DNA of 63,323 nt, filler included, from Sphacelaria rigidula (lineage: Eukaryota): assembly GCA_964200075.2 (NCBI GenBank). It is 6 parts of 6 records of this genome, joined end to end, with 100 filler letters (N's around TTAATTAATTAA, not from the genome) between each part and the next. Parts side by side here need not be neighbours in the genome. Positions count along the whole stretch, not along the records: positions 10,572 to 21,042 come from CAXNAA020006438.1; positions 21,143 to 31,613 come from CAXNAA020006439.1; 4 more parts are not named here. One strand, written 5' to 3'. Below the pieces are notes generated by a model that made no database searches, was not told the origin of the DNA, and saw only the letters and a program-made list of their open reading frames with translations. How positions within the stretch are numbered: position 1 is the first letter of the stretch; each line of letters starts with the position of its first letter. Below, one piece after another: positions 13,013 to 25,830 of this stretch. Made by a program: the position numbers and the translations under genes.

Positions 13013-16000
13013 CCGTTTTCTGGGAACGCTTATCAAGCCCCCGCGTTTCCAAGTAGCAAACAGTGGGGTAACACGGGACGTGTGGCTGACCCCAAAACCT
13101 GGGCGCCACAACCTGCCCGTTCATTTTATACTTTTGACGACCGTTCGTTCCCCAATCGTTGGCACAGCCCCACAATCAGAAATCAACGTTCGCCGGCAAC
13201 TCACCGCAGAAATACCCAACAATTTTCTTTCACTCGGCCAGGTCACAAACATCACAGACGTGAATCAACGGTGGCCACCGCGGGTTCAACCATGTGGTGT
13301 TGGTTCCCTGGATATGCTGACACTGCCTTGAAGGGCTCCAAGACAGTCGAAGCCCGTGCATCGTTGCATGGCTATCAATTGAGCAGTGACCAAACCCAAC
13401 GTTTTAATCCTGGATTTGATCACCCAGTTTTACATCCACCAGGTACTAATCATGTTCAATCGAACCCCTTCCCTTCGGAGGAGAGGAAGTCATGTGGTGC
13501 AGTTCCTAACGCATCCGGAGCCGAAATATCTTCTGGTACGGTAGACGCGGCCTCTTCGACCGTTCATCGGAGAACACCAGATTCAAAGTCACACACTCAA
13601 GCACCCCCAAACTGCTTGAGTGCCCGGCTAACCACCCTACCGAGTTCCGCAAAAACTACAGTACCCGGTTCCCTTTTATTTGATAAGCGTAATTATTCCT
13701 TGAAGGGTCGCAACCGCAAAGAACCCATGCCTTCCATCGCTCAGCGGATTGGAATGGAACCCCAAGTGACAGCGACTCAGGTGGTGCGCCAAGAGCGTGA
13801 CCTAGGTTCGACTGTCCGAGAACTCATTTCAATAGCTCCTGGAGCCGCCGACCCTTTCGTGCGCTATACGCGTCACCCTAGGCGGGCTCCTCCAGATGAT
13901 CATGTAGATAACCCTGATGAAGCAAGCGTACGTGAACTCCAAGGAAGAGATTGCGTGTGGGCTCAGACAGATGAAAACCTTAGAGTGGAACAGGCTAGTA
14001 CTCCCCAGATTTCGAACAGATCGTTACTGCTCCCTGACCACCCCTCGTGCACTGCGTTAGAACCCATTTCCGATGAAGCGTTGCCGTCTGTAGGGACAGA
14101 GACTTCGCCGACTCATGGACGTTCGCATCCTAGTCATGAAGGCACCTCAATCGTGTGTTCGTCACCAGGCAGACAAAGTGTTACGCAAGACAACTCGTCT
14201 CCTAACTCGCCCACGTTGGCCCCTTTAATGGACGCCAGGTTGAACAGCACAGCTTTACTAACCCCGCGTCCGGACGAATCGTCTCCAAAATCTCCCATGT
14301 TGGCCCTAAGTAGTGATGGTATTGAGTTGATTGGCGTATCAAACTCAACACCGCGCCCCGATGAATCGTCCCCTGTTCTGACCAAGCTGGATAATGTAGT
14401 TGATCCCGCTTTGCACAATGACGATTTGCCTCCTCTGTTGGCCAATAAGGGTGAAACACGACGCACATAGTAGCTGTCGGGTCCAACCACGACAAGCGCC
14501 CTTCCCCGGCATCGCCCCTCCGTTGCAGGACATGAGATTCAACCCTCGACGGATGACACAAATATTCCAGGCACAAACATTGACACTCCATGCACGCACC
14601 ATCCTTCCGACCAAAAGCTTGTCCCACATGATCATCAACGGATGTATTTTAGCACCGTCGTTCAAAACGCAAAGCAGATGTGTCAGATGTTTTACCCGAA
14701 TTCGGCCCTGATCTCGTCAGTGGTACTGCAACTATGGATGATGTTTCTTTAACGACCAAGATAGGTTTACATAGTGGAGCGCGTGCAAACTGTCACTTGA
14801 TAGCTCTTGCATTACCAGACGCTGGTTCGCCTCAAACGTTCATTGCAGCCAGCTGTTGGCAACAGATGATCAACGCCGGCGCGGCGGACGAGCATTGTCT
14901 GTCCACCGTGCACCCTCGTGTTTTTGGTGGGTTTGGTTCCTCCACATCTCTTGCGGTTAAACAATCGGTGAGATTAAGTGCATATTTTTACCAGGATACT
15001 ACTCCCACTGCTCGATTGTCCGTATAGGCACTAGTAATGCCCGACGGTTCCATGTATTTTGACGTTTTGTTGGGTCGAGATAGTTGGCTTCGTTTTTCCA
15101 CACACACGTATACGTCGGACACACCTGTCCCGAACCGTCCAGTCACAGGCAAATTGTCACTGGGTCACTTCGACACTGATTCGGGAGCTTATGCCTATGA
15201 GGATGACCCCACGCAAACAGGTAATACTTTCCGTCTGTACTATGTTGGTGAACCTGTAGTCTCGCTTTCTCGTGAACCCCAACTTATCCAAGTGAACCTC
15301 GTGAGACGCAATGGATCGCCCGCCCTCACAGGATATTATTTGGTCGGATTTCTCAAACCTGACCAAGCACCGGTTGGTCCGTTTGAACAGACCGAAGTCT
15401 TTGTCCACGAAGGTAGGCAGGTCATTTACCTCACGTCCCCTGTATGTTTCGATATACTCAACAGTCAGTTATTGGGTTATGTTCAAGCGCCTCTCATACG
15501 AACAGCCCTGTCAGATGTGTGCCCCCCTGCGGACAACAGCTCGACAACCGACCCCCCGAAATCCACGGGCCCCCCTCCGCTACACATGCCTGATCCCATG
15601 GTGGTGACAAATCCACCAGATGCGCCTAAACCTCAACCCCCAACTGTATAACTGGATAGATTTTCCTCAGAACAACGCGCCACTTTTCTAAAGTTGTGGG
15701 ATGACATCCCCCCTCACTTACGGCACATTATTTTTTATCTATCTGGCGATGGTTGGACACCCACTGTAATCGATAGATTGAGATCCATCTTGATTAGATA
15801 CTCTGAACGGTTTTCTATTGCACCCTTGGATTTAGGCCGATGTACCACGACACCGTTTAAGATTCCTGATGGCACTCCGCCTATCGCTATGCGTCCGTCC
15901 CGTACGAACCCCCTCTTAGCGGATAAGATCCAGGTAATTCTTGATGGTTACTTATCCGCCGGTTTATTCCGGCACTCGACATCTCCGTGGGCCTCGCCTT

Positions 16001-16500
16001 TAGTAGTCGTCCGCAAGAAGAATTGCAAAATCAGACTGACGGTCAATTATCAACGATTGAACGCTATTACCAAAATCGCCCGGCTGCCACTTCCACGGAT
16101 TGATGAGATTATTGACTCTCTTGGCGGGGGTGAGGTATTTTCGAACTTTGACACGCAATCCGGCTACCACCAACTCGTGATGGATCCGAATTCCATTGAA
16201 CTGACAGCGCTTTGCACGTCATCAGGTTTGTACGAGTGGCTGGTTACACCACAAAGTGCCGCCGGAGCTTCAGGTGCGTTTTAATGTGTAATGTTCCGTG
16301 TGACTGATGAATTGCCCAAATGCCATATGTACCTTGATAATGCGGTGTGCCACGACTCCATACCGGCCGAGCACGTCGAACAGTTGGCATCATTCTTTAA
16401 TCGGTTTGAACAACATAACTTGAAACTCGCCCCTCCAAATCCCGCCTTGGCGCCGCGAAGATTGAGTTCTTGGGTCATTGCATCACTACCGAAGGTCGTA

Positions 16501-16911
16501 ATCGATTATACTTACGCTTCAGGATCTGCCTGGATACAAGGGAAATGGGTATCAAGATTGGATCATGACATACAGGGGAAGTACGAATAAGAGGCTAGTT
16601 CTGTTATTGAGGTATACCCGATATAGTGCTTGCAGCACAAATCTACTGGGGGCACACGCCTTCTCGCGTGGCGAAAGGATGGGATTATGACGTGTGATTT
16701 TATACGAACGATTTCCCGCCCCACTTCATTCAGTGTTTGTTCAGTGTCTGTGTGTGTGCGGTGTGCGAGCGGAGTGCACTTTTCTGGGTTTTTACGTTTT
16801 GGGTGGAGAGTATAATACACATTTATCAACAAGGGAATCAGTTCAACAACAGAGGTCCCACGACCTTTTCTTACACATAGACCCCAGCCCCGAGTAGGAG
16901 ATTCAGCCCTT
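16501..16911. mobile_element. 411-bp insertion in RT with 8-bp target duplication AGGTCGTA and no TIR
   Basis: AGGTCGTA at 16493-16500 and 16912-16919; removal restores EFLGHCITTEGRSPNLDKAAALADMP. Confidence 0.85.
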
Positions 16912-18947
16912 AGGTCGTAGCCCAAACCTCGACAAGGCCGCCGCACTCGCCGATATGCCCATACCACGGGACATTTCTCAACTGCGTTCCTTGTTGGGAG
17001 GTCTAAGCTACTATAGACAGTGCTTGTCACACCTTGCTCAAACGCTAAAACCCCTCACCACCCTCCTCAAAAAAGGGGTGAAATTTGTCTTCACATTGGA
17101 AATGGAAAAAAGTGTCCGCCGTGTTCTTGACACCCTGTCGCGCCCACCGATTGTCGTCTTCCCCGACTGGTCGGCTGCGGAGCAGGGTTCACGCCATTTC
17201 CGGCTCCACAAAGATTCTTCCGAACTTGGGTTTGGCTGCACATTAGAACAGGAGAAAGTCGATGCTACTAGTCGTCCCATTGTCTATCTGAGTCGCACAA
17301 CTGTTCCGAATGAACATAATTGGTCTGTCATGGAACAAGAGGCCGGCGCAGTTGTTTGGGGCGTGCGACGTCTGCGTCAGTATTTGTATGACATCCCGTT
17401 TGTGGTTTATACGGATCATAAGTATTTGGAAAGCCTTGCCAAAATGGCGAAACACAACGCTAGGGTCCAACGCTGGTTTGAAATCCTGTCGTCTTACAAC
17501 TTCCGGTTGAACTATCGCACAGGCCCGCAAAACGCAAACGCCGACTTTCTGTCACGCTTGCCCACACCGGCTCAACCTATCGATGAATCCCCCATGGAAC
17601 GTATCACCGATCCCACCGAAGACATTGTATATTTCACTAGTAGGAATGGACATAAAGTCTGTACACACCACTTCCACTGAGAGAAACGCCGGCTTTAGGC
17701 ATGGGTGGGCTGACGACCACAACCCACGCATCAGTTTTGGGCAGCTTGCAACCTCAATCGTTGTACTCAGTTTGGAATGGACTGTCTACGAATACTGTTC
17801 GCGCTATGATCATTTCCGTGCAACGGCCAGCGCATGGTTTTCGCAGCAGGTGTAGAACCGTCCTTTGCTGACTCCGCCTCACCAGTTCAAGTTCGAGACT
17901 TGATTTCGAGTAGGACTCGTGGACGGCGGACCGCCGAAACGGCCACCAAATTTAGCCGTATCTGGTCCTGACCTTCCCCTCCCTGCCCCCACCTCGGTCC
18001 CCGATAGTTTCCTTGCGCCTCCTCAACCTCCACGACGCAAGGCCCCCAGAAAACCGACCCCGACCGTGCCGCTCCTGCCAACTATTGCCGAAACCACGGC
18101 TATGCCCCCCTCCTTTGGTGATGATATTGCAAACACCACCACAACACCCTCCACGCTAATCGACGCAGGAGTAGACGTTAACGTTCCGTCTGAGAGTACA
18201 CCAACTGGTAAGCTCACCCTTGATTCCGACATCACCGCTTCGTGCCAACCCCGCCCCGAACCGACCCAACACGAAGTAGACTCTTCAACAGATGGCGTAT
18301 TCAAGGAACCTTTGACTCTCTTCTCCCACGCCGATTGGGCTCAGGAACAACAGGCAGAACCTGCTTGTAAATCAGCTATCCATTACCTATCTAAATGTTG
18401 CCCATGTCTATTCTCAAAAACCGAATTCCTTTTGCCCGTCGGGAACCTCAAAGCCTCCACACAGGATGAGGTTACTGAACTTTCAAGGAAAGGTATGCTG
18501 CATACGGATGATGATGGTATAGTTATGTTAGTTCGCCGGCCCACAGCAGCCGTCCCCAGGGGGAAGCCTACAAGTCGACATGCCCGCTTGCTAGATGATG
18601 AACCCATCCGCATCGATGTCCCGATGCTCCTGCGCCCATGGGTTCTACACGAATGCCATTCATAGGCATCGACTCATTTAGGCGTCATAAAGAGCTCCCA
18701 GATGTTGGAATGTTTTATTGGTGGATTTGTATGGATCAGTGTTGCCGTTGGTGGGTGAGGCGTTGTCTTTTGTGCCAGGTGCGAAACATTTCCCCCCAAA
18801 CAGTTCGTTGGCCGATCGTTTCCATGCCACTCCCAAACGGGCCTGGTGAAGTAGTTTCGTGGGACTATTTTGGTCCTTTGCTCCTGACGGATAGTGGTAA
18901 TAAGTATATTTTGTTATTTACGGATAGATTTAGTCGACATGCGGTGA

Positions 18948-19350
18948 TGTCATGGATTTATTGGTCATTTTCCAGTCGACTAGGCTCATGTGTCATACTT
19001 TTGTCATGCTTTGTGTCAGATTATCTACCCATGTTCTCACAGAGCCTTTAGGATTGATCCCAGCACGTACAGCAGCCTGTCGCCGATAATGCAAGAAGCA
19101 TTTACGCCATCCATGGACTGCGATATCAGAGGTGTCGCTGGTCTTCGTCTAAAGTAAGCCTGACTGGCCTGCAGCTGGTGTTGCCTCGAGCATGCGCTGC
19201 AGGTGGAGAGTTACTTTGAACCATCTTGCATGCATAGTCATCATCGAACTCGGTCGGATCCTGGTGCTTACATGTTTTTTTAGATGACAACTCGGGTGCC
19301 CACGAACTGGCACCCTTCACCTCTAGACATCCACCACGTGATTCGTGACA
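18948..19350. mobile_element. Solo LTR (403 bp) inserted in the integrase
   Basis: TGTCATGGA...TTCGTGACA termini; 4-bp TSD GTGA (18944-18947, 19351-19354); removal restores DRFSRHAVMHAVP. Confidence 0.9.
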
Positions 19351-20344
19351 GTGATGCACGCTGTCCCTGCCGGTAGCTATAACGCGGAAGGTACCGCCAA
19401 CATTCTTGTATACATGTACATCCCACAGTGGGGTGTGCCCAACCGCTTACTGTCTGACAACGGCCCGCATTTTTCAGGCAAATTTTCAGCCGCCGTCAGT
19501 GACCTTTTGGGTGCCCATCGGATTTTTACTAGTTCATATCACCCTTTCACCAATGGTGGAACGGGATGAGTGAACCATACGATGACACAGATGCTTGCTG
19601 CTGTGGCAAATGAGAGACAGATGGACTGGGATTTGCACCTGCCCCTTGTCCAAATGAACTACAACAATTCAGCCAATGCCGCTACGGGATTGTCATCGAA
19701 TGAAATTCATATTGGTCGCATGCCCAGGTTACCTTTAACGGTATTCGGGCGCAAAAATACAGGCGGACATCAGAGTCTGGATCGTGATGTTGTAGAGTAT
19801 CATTTGTCGGCTAGCAATCGTCTTCGTCTTGTATATGAAGTGGTACGAGAACAGAACAACATCAATTTGGCCAAGGTGGCCAGGGCGAACTCGATGTTGG
19901 ATGATGTGGTACATAACCGCCCGGTGTGGAAGGTAGGCCAATGGGCATGTGTGTATAACTATGTAAAGACCATCAATCAAGGAGCTAGCTCGAAATCATC
20001 ATCCTTGGACAAAGTCCTGAAGGCGAAACTATCCTTGAATTGGACTGGTCCTTGGGGAATTTTAGCTGTTGGTCCAAGCACTACCGCACCCGACAAAAGC
20101 CCGGTGGGAGCGAACTTTTTGTATTTGGATTTTCCCACGGATGAACCTGGTTTGAAACCGAAGAATCGCGTCTCCATGCTACGATGCAAACCGTGTATCC
20201 CCCCTCATGACGCCTCTGACATGCTCACACAACTGCCGCTGGGGCTTAGCCAGTATGTGTTGACCAGGTATGCGATCAAAACTCCGCCGTATCATGTGAC
20301 GGTCGAGGATGCGGACGCACCCCTAGAAGGCGTTGAGATAGGTA

Positions 20345-20494
20345 GGAGTTGGGTCTACAAAGGCCGCACTTTGCCAAGAGAATGTGATGTACCGCCCCTG
20401 TCCGAGGGTTTCGGTTCGTGATGGGTTGGGGTTAGGGTTAGGGATAGCGATACTTGTAACATGTGTCGACCGTGGGCATTTGTAGCCCAACTCC
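20345..20494. mobile_element. 150-bp MITE with internal telomere-like motif
   Basis: TIRs ggagttgggtctacaaa / tttgtagcccaactcc; 4-bp TSD GGTA; gggttagggttaggg inside. Confidence 0.85.
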
Positions 20495-21564
20495 GGTAAA
20501 CTAGCCTACTACTTTGGCACATCGTGGTAATCGGCAACTCAGTGCTCGTCTTCAAACCAACGTAGCACTCCGATCAAACAAGGTCTAATTAAACGAAATA
20601 CCAAACTGTACAGTAGTCCTGCCTTTCTGTGCAGCTTTCAGTCACAGTCAAAAGGCATATTCCTTGCTTGAACCGCAACCATCGATGATGTGACAACCGC
20701 TCGTTCGTAACGGAAGAGCCTAGTTTGACCGTGACACCAGCCTCGAGATCGGAACAGTACGGTGTTTCACAAAGGGTATTGGCCTAGAAAAGGTATACCT
20801 TCTGGTTTTTTGCCCAAGAAAGGTACGAAAAATGGCCAGAAACGAAAAAACAGCCAAACACGCCATTTTGACCGCTTTCGCTCCGGATTCTCCACGCAAA
20901 TCGTTTAGGGGGGCCATTGGCACCCGGGCCTCGACAAAAAACGGAAAAATAACATATTACGAGAGATATATGGCCACGCGAAAACGGACAGTTCGCCTCC
21001 GGAAACCGCTTACCTTTTGTAGGCCACATTTCGCCGAGGTATNNNNNNNNNNNNNNNNNNNNNNNNNNNNNNNNNNNNNNNNNNNNTTAATTAATTAANN
21101 NNNNNNNNNNNNNNNNNNNNNNNNNNNNNNNNNNNNNNNNNNTTCTGGGCTCGCCCAGCTCGTAGCACAGAGCTACTCACTGTTTGACAAGCTCAAACTT
21201 GAAAAGTGTCGAAGACGAATGAGCAATTGGGTCATGACGGAATTGTAAATTTATGCGTCACTCTGTCCCGGGTAATGCTCATGATTTGAATGGGGCTTCT
21301 GTATTGCCAGAGATCCCAAGAAGCCATGTGCCACGGGTTCGGTTCGGAGTAAAGGCTGTTTTCGGTGCTTACTTCGGGTGCGTCTATCCTGTGGATAATG
21401 ACCACGGCTGGATCCTTCCGGGATCAGGTAACCATTTTGGGACCTAGCCTCCAAAACGACCAAAGAGGCTGGTCAGGAATGACGTGTCTAGCGTCTGCAC
21501 GAAACAGTGGTGTGTCGGCTGAAAATCCGCTTATGTCACCGCAGGGTTATGACAAAGACTGAAA

Positions 21565-23200
21565 GTTCCAATCTATTTTCAGGTGCAGGGTGCGCATTAG
21601 GTGGTGTACATCTAATTTAGCAAGCAGTATGGGTCGTGGTGAAAAGCTTCCAATAGGATGCGGCGACCGGCGGGCCCCCCGCCACTTGTGGCTTTGGATG
21701 ATACTGTTGTCCCCATCACTTTGCCACACAGCCCTTTGTGGTCGGGATGGGCCGCCATTTCCCACCTTGTTGGATGCGGCAAATTCTCTTCGAACGGTGT
21801 TAGCGTTGCAGCGCGTATGCATACGACAGTATAGTACAGTACACTGTAGTACGCCTCTCCGACTGAAGCAGCAGCTGCCGTTGTATACACCCTTGCACGT
21901 TCTGAGCAATTCTCAGCTACCGAAATCAGCTGCCTATATACAGCTTTGTCATCCCCGTCCACAACATACATGTGGACTGCACACTGCACCTCATCCGCAG
22001 AGGGATACGCAGAATTCATGCCGGTAGCTCCTTTTGTCTTTTCACAGCCCACCTGGATTTTGTGCCTCGTGAAAATGACGACATGGCATGTACACTCCTT
22101 CCGGGTTTTTTCCGGCCCACCCTGTGTTGGTGTGAATTACTACGTTTCAGAGTAGAATTGGGACCCAAGGAACACTCCGGAAAACCTCGCGAATGATATA
22201 CTGAGTGCAAGTAATACCATAAAACCAAGCCGCGACCACCCTGCACTTGGAAACCTGGAGAGGCTTATCTGGGCCAGGGATAGGGCCCTCACACGATCTT
22301 TGCAGTGGCATGACACTCGACAACAATCCCGGCGTTGGTCGTTCAGGTCTGGTCGATAATTTTCGCCCCGCCGTGATTGGGCAGGTCGCTCGAAGACATA
22401 TTTTTTATTACTTCACTAACACAGGGTCAACCCTGTGTTAGTGGGGGTCCGGTCCCAAAAAGGTCAAGCCTTGTGGAACTCGCAAAGAACAGTACAAACT
22501 CCTATATGCAAGCTTTCGTCACTGGAAAAACGTCACTTCGAGTCCGGTGCACGAATCCGTCACATTAGTATACTTGGACTTTTGGAGTCGTGCAACGTTT
22601 GGGGGGCTGCATCATCAAGAGTTGCAGAAAAACAGCCATACCTTGCCCACGAGAACGTCATTTGTGAATCGTCATCTTTCCATCAAGGGTTCCAGAAGGG
22701 TCAATGTGGGATAATCAGTCCATCAATCGAATCGGCGCGTGGTCTTGCGTTAAATTATACAGAAGTTCCGCTCTGTGTAACAACACTTGGAATGGAAATG
22801 ACCTCTGCATCTTGGAGTGCCCTCCCTGCTTTAGCATGGTTCCTTCCCCTACCGGTACCCCACAGTATCGCCGGTACCTTCCCCTATTGTAATAGCACTC
22901 ATGGGACTAGTCCTCGAGCCCAGACCCGTGTTTGATTGCCAGTTTGCCTTTTCAAGGGTCCGGAATAGTTTTTTCGGTGAAATAATAATGCCTGGGTGGA
23001 AAACGCTGTTGCCACGCATTGCCATGCGTCATCATTATTCGTACACAAGCCATAATCCGCAGAGCTTTGCCAGTCTCCCGCCAAAAGAAGAAATCCACGG
23101 TTCGGACGAGTCATCGCCAGTTCGAATGACCAAATCCATGATTTTCCGAGCAATTTTTGCGCCATTCCATGTTCCTGGGCTGCGCGTACCTGGCATGCAA
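21565..23200 (-). pseudogene. Repeat family A copy 1, degenerate coding sequence of unknown function
   Basis: Colinear with 26660-28150; peptides MNSAYP...YVVDG...AVYR and AAHPDHKGLCGKVMG are conserved between copies. Confidence 0.6.
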
Positions 23201-23520
23201 ACGCTGAAAACAAAGCCTAAGGATTGATTCGTACGGTACGCATAATTTACACTAAAATGAAGTGATTTTCAGACGAATAATTCATTCGTCCGACTTTCGA
23301 AAAAATAGGAGAAAAAATTGACGTCTTTTCACCCCGTTACAGCACTAAAGTGGGCGACATGGGCTCGTTGACTACGGTTTACACGATACGTGGCCGAAGT
23401 TTTAGCGCGTGGCAGCCCCGACAGCGTACGTAACCGTGCCTCCCGAACTGAGCACCTCTACAGGCGATATGAGTTTTGTGCAGATTGCCGTTATCCACCG
23501 GGTGTCCCAGTAGATGAAGT

Positions 23521-23741
23521 GCCGGACACTTCCAACGATAGCTCCCCCCAAAACGTGGCTGGTTTGGGGGAGCAAAATCTACACGTGAATCGGAATGATA
23601 CAAGCCGAGCACAGTGAGCAGCTGGGAACTCCCACGCTTGGGTTCGTTTTCGCCAATGTTGCCCATATGAGGCGCTGTATGACCATGTTTTCTCACAGTT
23701 TTAGGTTGGTTTCGGGGGGGGCTATCGTGAAAAGACACGCC
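23521..23741. mobile_element. MITE family F1 copy, inserted into repeat B
   Basis: TIR core cgatagctcccccc / gggggggctatcg; internal ctcccacgcttgggttcg shared with other copies; absent from the homologous site near 6410. Confidence 0.8.
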
Positions 23742-25020
23742 AGAAAAGCGTACTGTTGTTTGCCAGCGCAGCAGTCGTCCAGATGCTCATGAGATGGAAG
23801 TTGGTATACCAGCGTGTCCAGATATGCATACACTCACCCTGCCGTAAGTCTGGGCGACTGGAAAGTGGCTCTGAGGGCGGTACTGCCCCAAGTTGCTAGT
23901 CGTTGTGCTCAATTTTATGCATGGCCAGAACGTACCGCTTGTTGGTACACATGCTCCCCGGGTTGTGTCCGACTAGTGCGCCGAGATCCACGGTGGTTAG
24001 TCCCGGCGCTATGCAGAGATCCACAAGCAACTTGCGATTCAAAAGTGTAAAGTGTACATATTTTTAAATGCCGGCCTTGTGCGGGCATTCAATGTACAAT
24101 GTTTTTTCTCAATTGTGTTGCAAGACTATTGCCGTCCAAGGATGTGGCCGTGATTGCGCTGTCACTAGTACATGGACGTGGTCAACACACGGCTGTCGGT
24201 CCACAGCTGAATGGCCTGGTGTATTTTATGAGAGGGGGGAAGAGGGGGGCACGTCGTGCAGGCGGTGCGTGCGGGTATGACTGGGTGAGGCTTGATCTTG
24301 CGCCTGAGGTTCACGAAGAATTTCCCCCACCACTCATGAGCCAATCGAGCAATTCAATCGCAAACCGATACCCACAAAAAAAGACCTCGTATGGACCCAT
24401 TGTGATGAGACTGTCCCCCTCACGAACTCCTTACAGCAAGCCGGAGCTCGTGGCCTTGGCGGTGGGGGCCCCGACCTCGTTCGGCTTTTGCTTTTTGAAA
24501 ATGTGAAGAAGTCGTGACCCGGCAGCTCAATCAGACGGGTACCACGCTGCTGCGATCGCCTTGTGGCCGCAAAATTCCAGTGTGCGTCCACCGGACCCAC
24601 TGGTGACTTTTCATGCTAACAACGTCATCCTCCGGAAGCCGGCGGGACTGTAGAAAAATTACTTGTCGGAACAATTGGCCTTGGGTACCTGAAAGATAAC
24701 CCTCTAAGTCACGAAGCTCGTGTCACAACAGTACTTTTGTCTACAGTTCCGTGGGTACAGAAAAAAGGCGCACCCTGTGTCATGAGGATGGGCATGTTCG
24801 AGCACCCGTAGAACAGTCGAAGAAGACACGTGCGGAACAATCGCAGACTAATGGAATGGATCTTGATGTCTGTGAAAGCATTTGACAAAAGGCCACAGCC
24901 CCAGCGTACCCTCAGCGTGTTGTATAGTCAGGTCAAAGAGGAACGACCAAGTGGGCTGCTCACACGCGACAAAGTCGCCTGTTGGTGCAGCTATCACAGC
25001 TTTGCGTTCGAGGTGGGTAT

Positions 25021-25369
25021 ACCACTCGGTAGTTGACAGATAGTTGTCTGAAGTTTATGGTTTGTGCAGGTGCTGATGCATTTCGAACAATACTAACCCT
25101 AACCCTAACCCCGACCCCAGTGAGGACATACCGAGAACCCTCGGGCAAGGGGGGTGTAACGTGTTCCCCAGGCGAAGTGTGCGTTGCCAGATCTTAAATC
25201 GGCGCCTGGGGCGCCGATTCAGACAAAAACGCGTTCTGTGCACGCTAGGAGCACGCCGAAAGCATAGCTCCCTCCAACGATCCGGATTTCGGCATTCGCA
25301 TTAAGATCCAATACGCACCTGTCCACACACCGGGATTTTCCGAGAACTATCTGTCAGCTACCGAGTGGT
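25021..25369. mobile_element. MITE with 28-bp TIRs and telomere-like motif
   Basis: accactcggtagttgacagatagttgtc / gagaactatctgtcagctaccgagtggt; ctaaccctaaccctaacccc at about 25093-25112. Confidence 0.8.
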
Positions 25370-25625
25370 GAACTCTCCTGTTGCGTTCACCTTGCTTCCT
25401 GGGAATCTACATACGGTATAGCGCTGCCTACAGTTGGTCAGACACAAGGCCGGTGTGGGACTGCCCAGTGAACAGCGCTGATGGGCTTAACTCATTTGGG
25501 ACTGGGCCTCCAGAACGACCAACGATGATGGTTAAGAATAACGTGTCTGGCGTATGCACGGCACAGCTGGCAATGGCTTCATTTATATTCACACCCTGCA
25601 CAACTATAACTAATAACTAACTAAG

Positions 25626-25830
25626 TTAGTTGTTGGGCAGACAACTACCAGGTAGTTGTCTGCGAACAACTAATTGCACACGATTCTGAACCAGTAGTTG
25701 TCTGCAGGCAACGAGTTGCATACGATTCTGAAAAGTTGTCTTCAGGCAACTAGTTGCACACGATTCTGAAAAGTTAGTTGTCTGCAGGCAACTAGTTGCG
25801 AGGACAGTTGTCAATGTAGAACAACTTGCT
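25626..25830. repeat. Minisatellite of about 42-bp units with near-palindromic core agttgtctgcaggcaact; second array at 26400-26580
   Basis: About 4 units of agttgtctgcaggcaactagttgcacacgattctgaa(ccagt/aagtt) per array. Confidence 0.85.

Larger units (their letters stand above)
10601..20340 (+). mobile_element. Decayed Ty3/Gypsy LTR-retrotransposon internal region (gag-PR-RT-RH-IN); LTRs not seen in this contig
   Basis: Domain order PR (LPDAGS, LLGRD), RT (SPWASP, LPRIDE, YLDN), RNase H (DSS..GFG, YTDH, NANADFLSR), IN (WDYFGP, DRFSR, SDNG, WTGPW); many stops and frameshifts. Confidence 0.95.
14770..20340 (+). pseudogene. Gypsy pol: protease about 14770-15090, RT about 15820-17000, RNase H about 17150-17560, integrase about 18650-20200
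   Basis: Motifs in ORFs 14680, 15037, 15694, 16291, 16955, 18638, 19345 and 19570; interrupted by insertions at 16501 and 18948. Confidence 0.93.

Noticed and set aside
1..21042. A single 21-kb element bounded by the inverted repeats at 1-57 and 20781-20837
   Set aside because: The two copies are on different contigs joined by an artificial spacer, so orientation and distance are arbitrary
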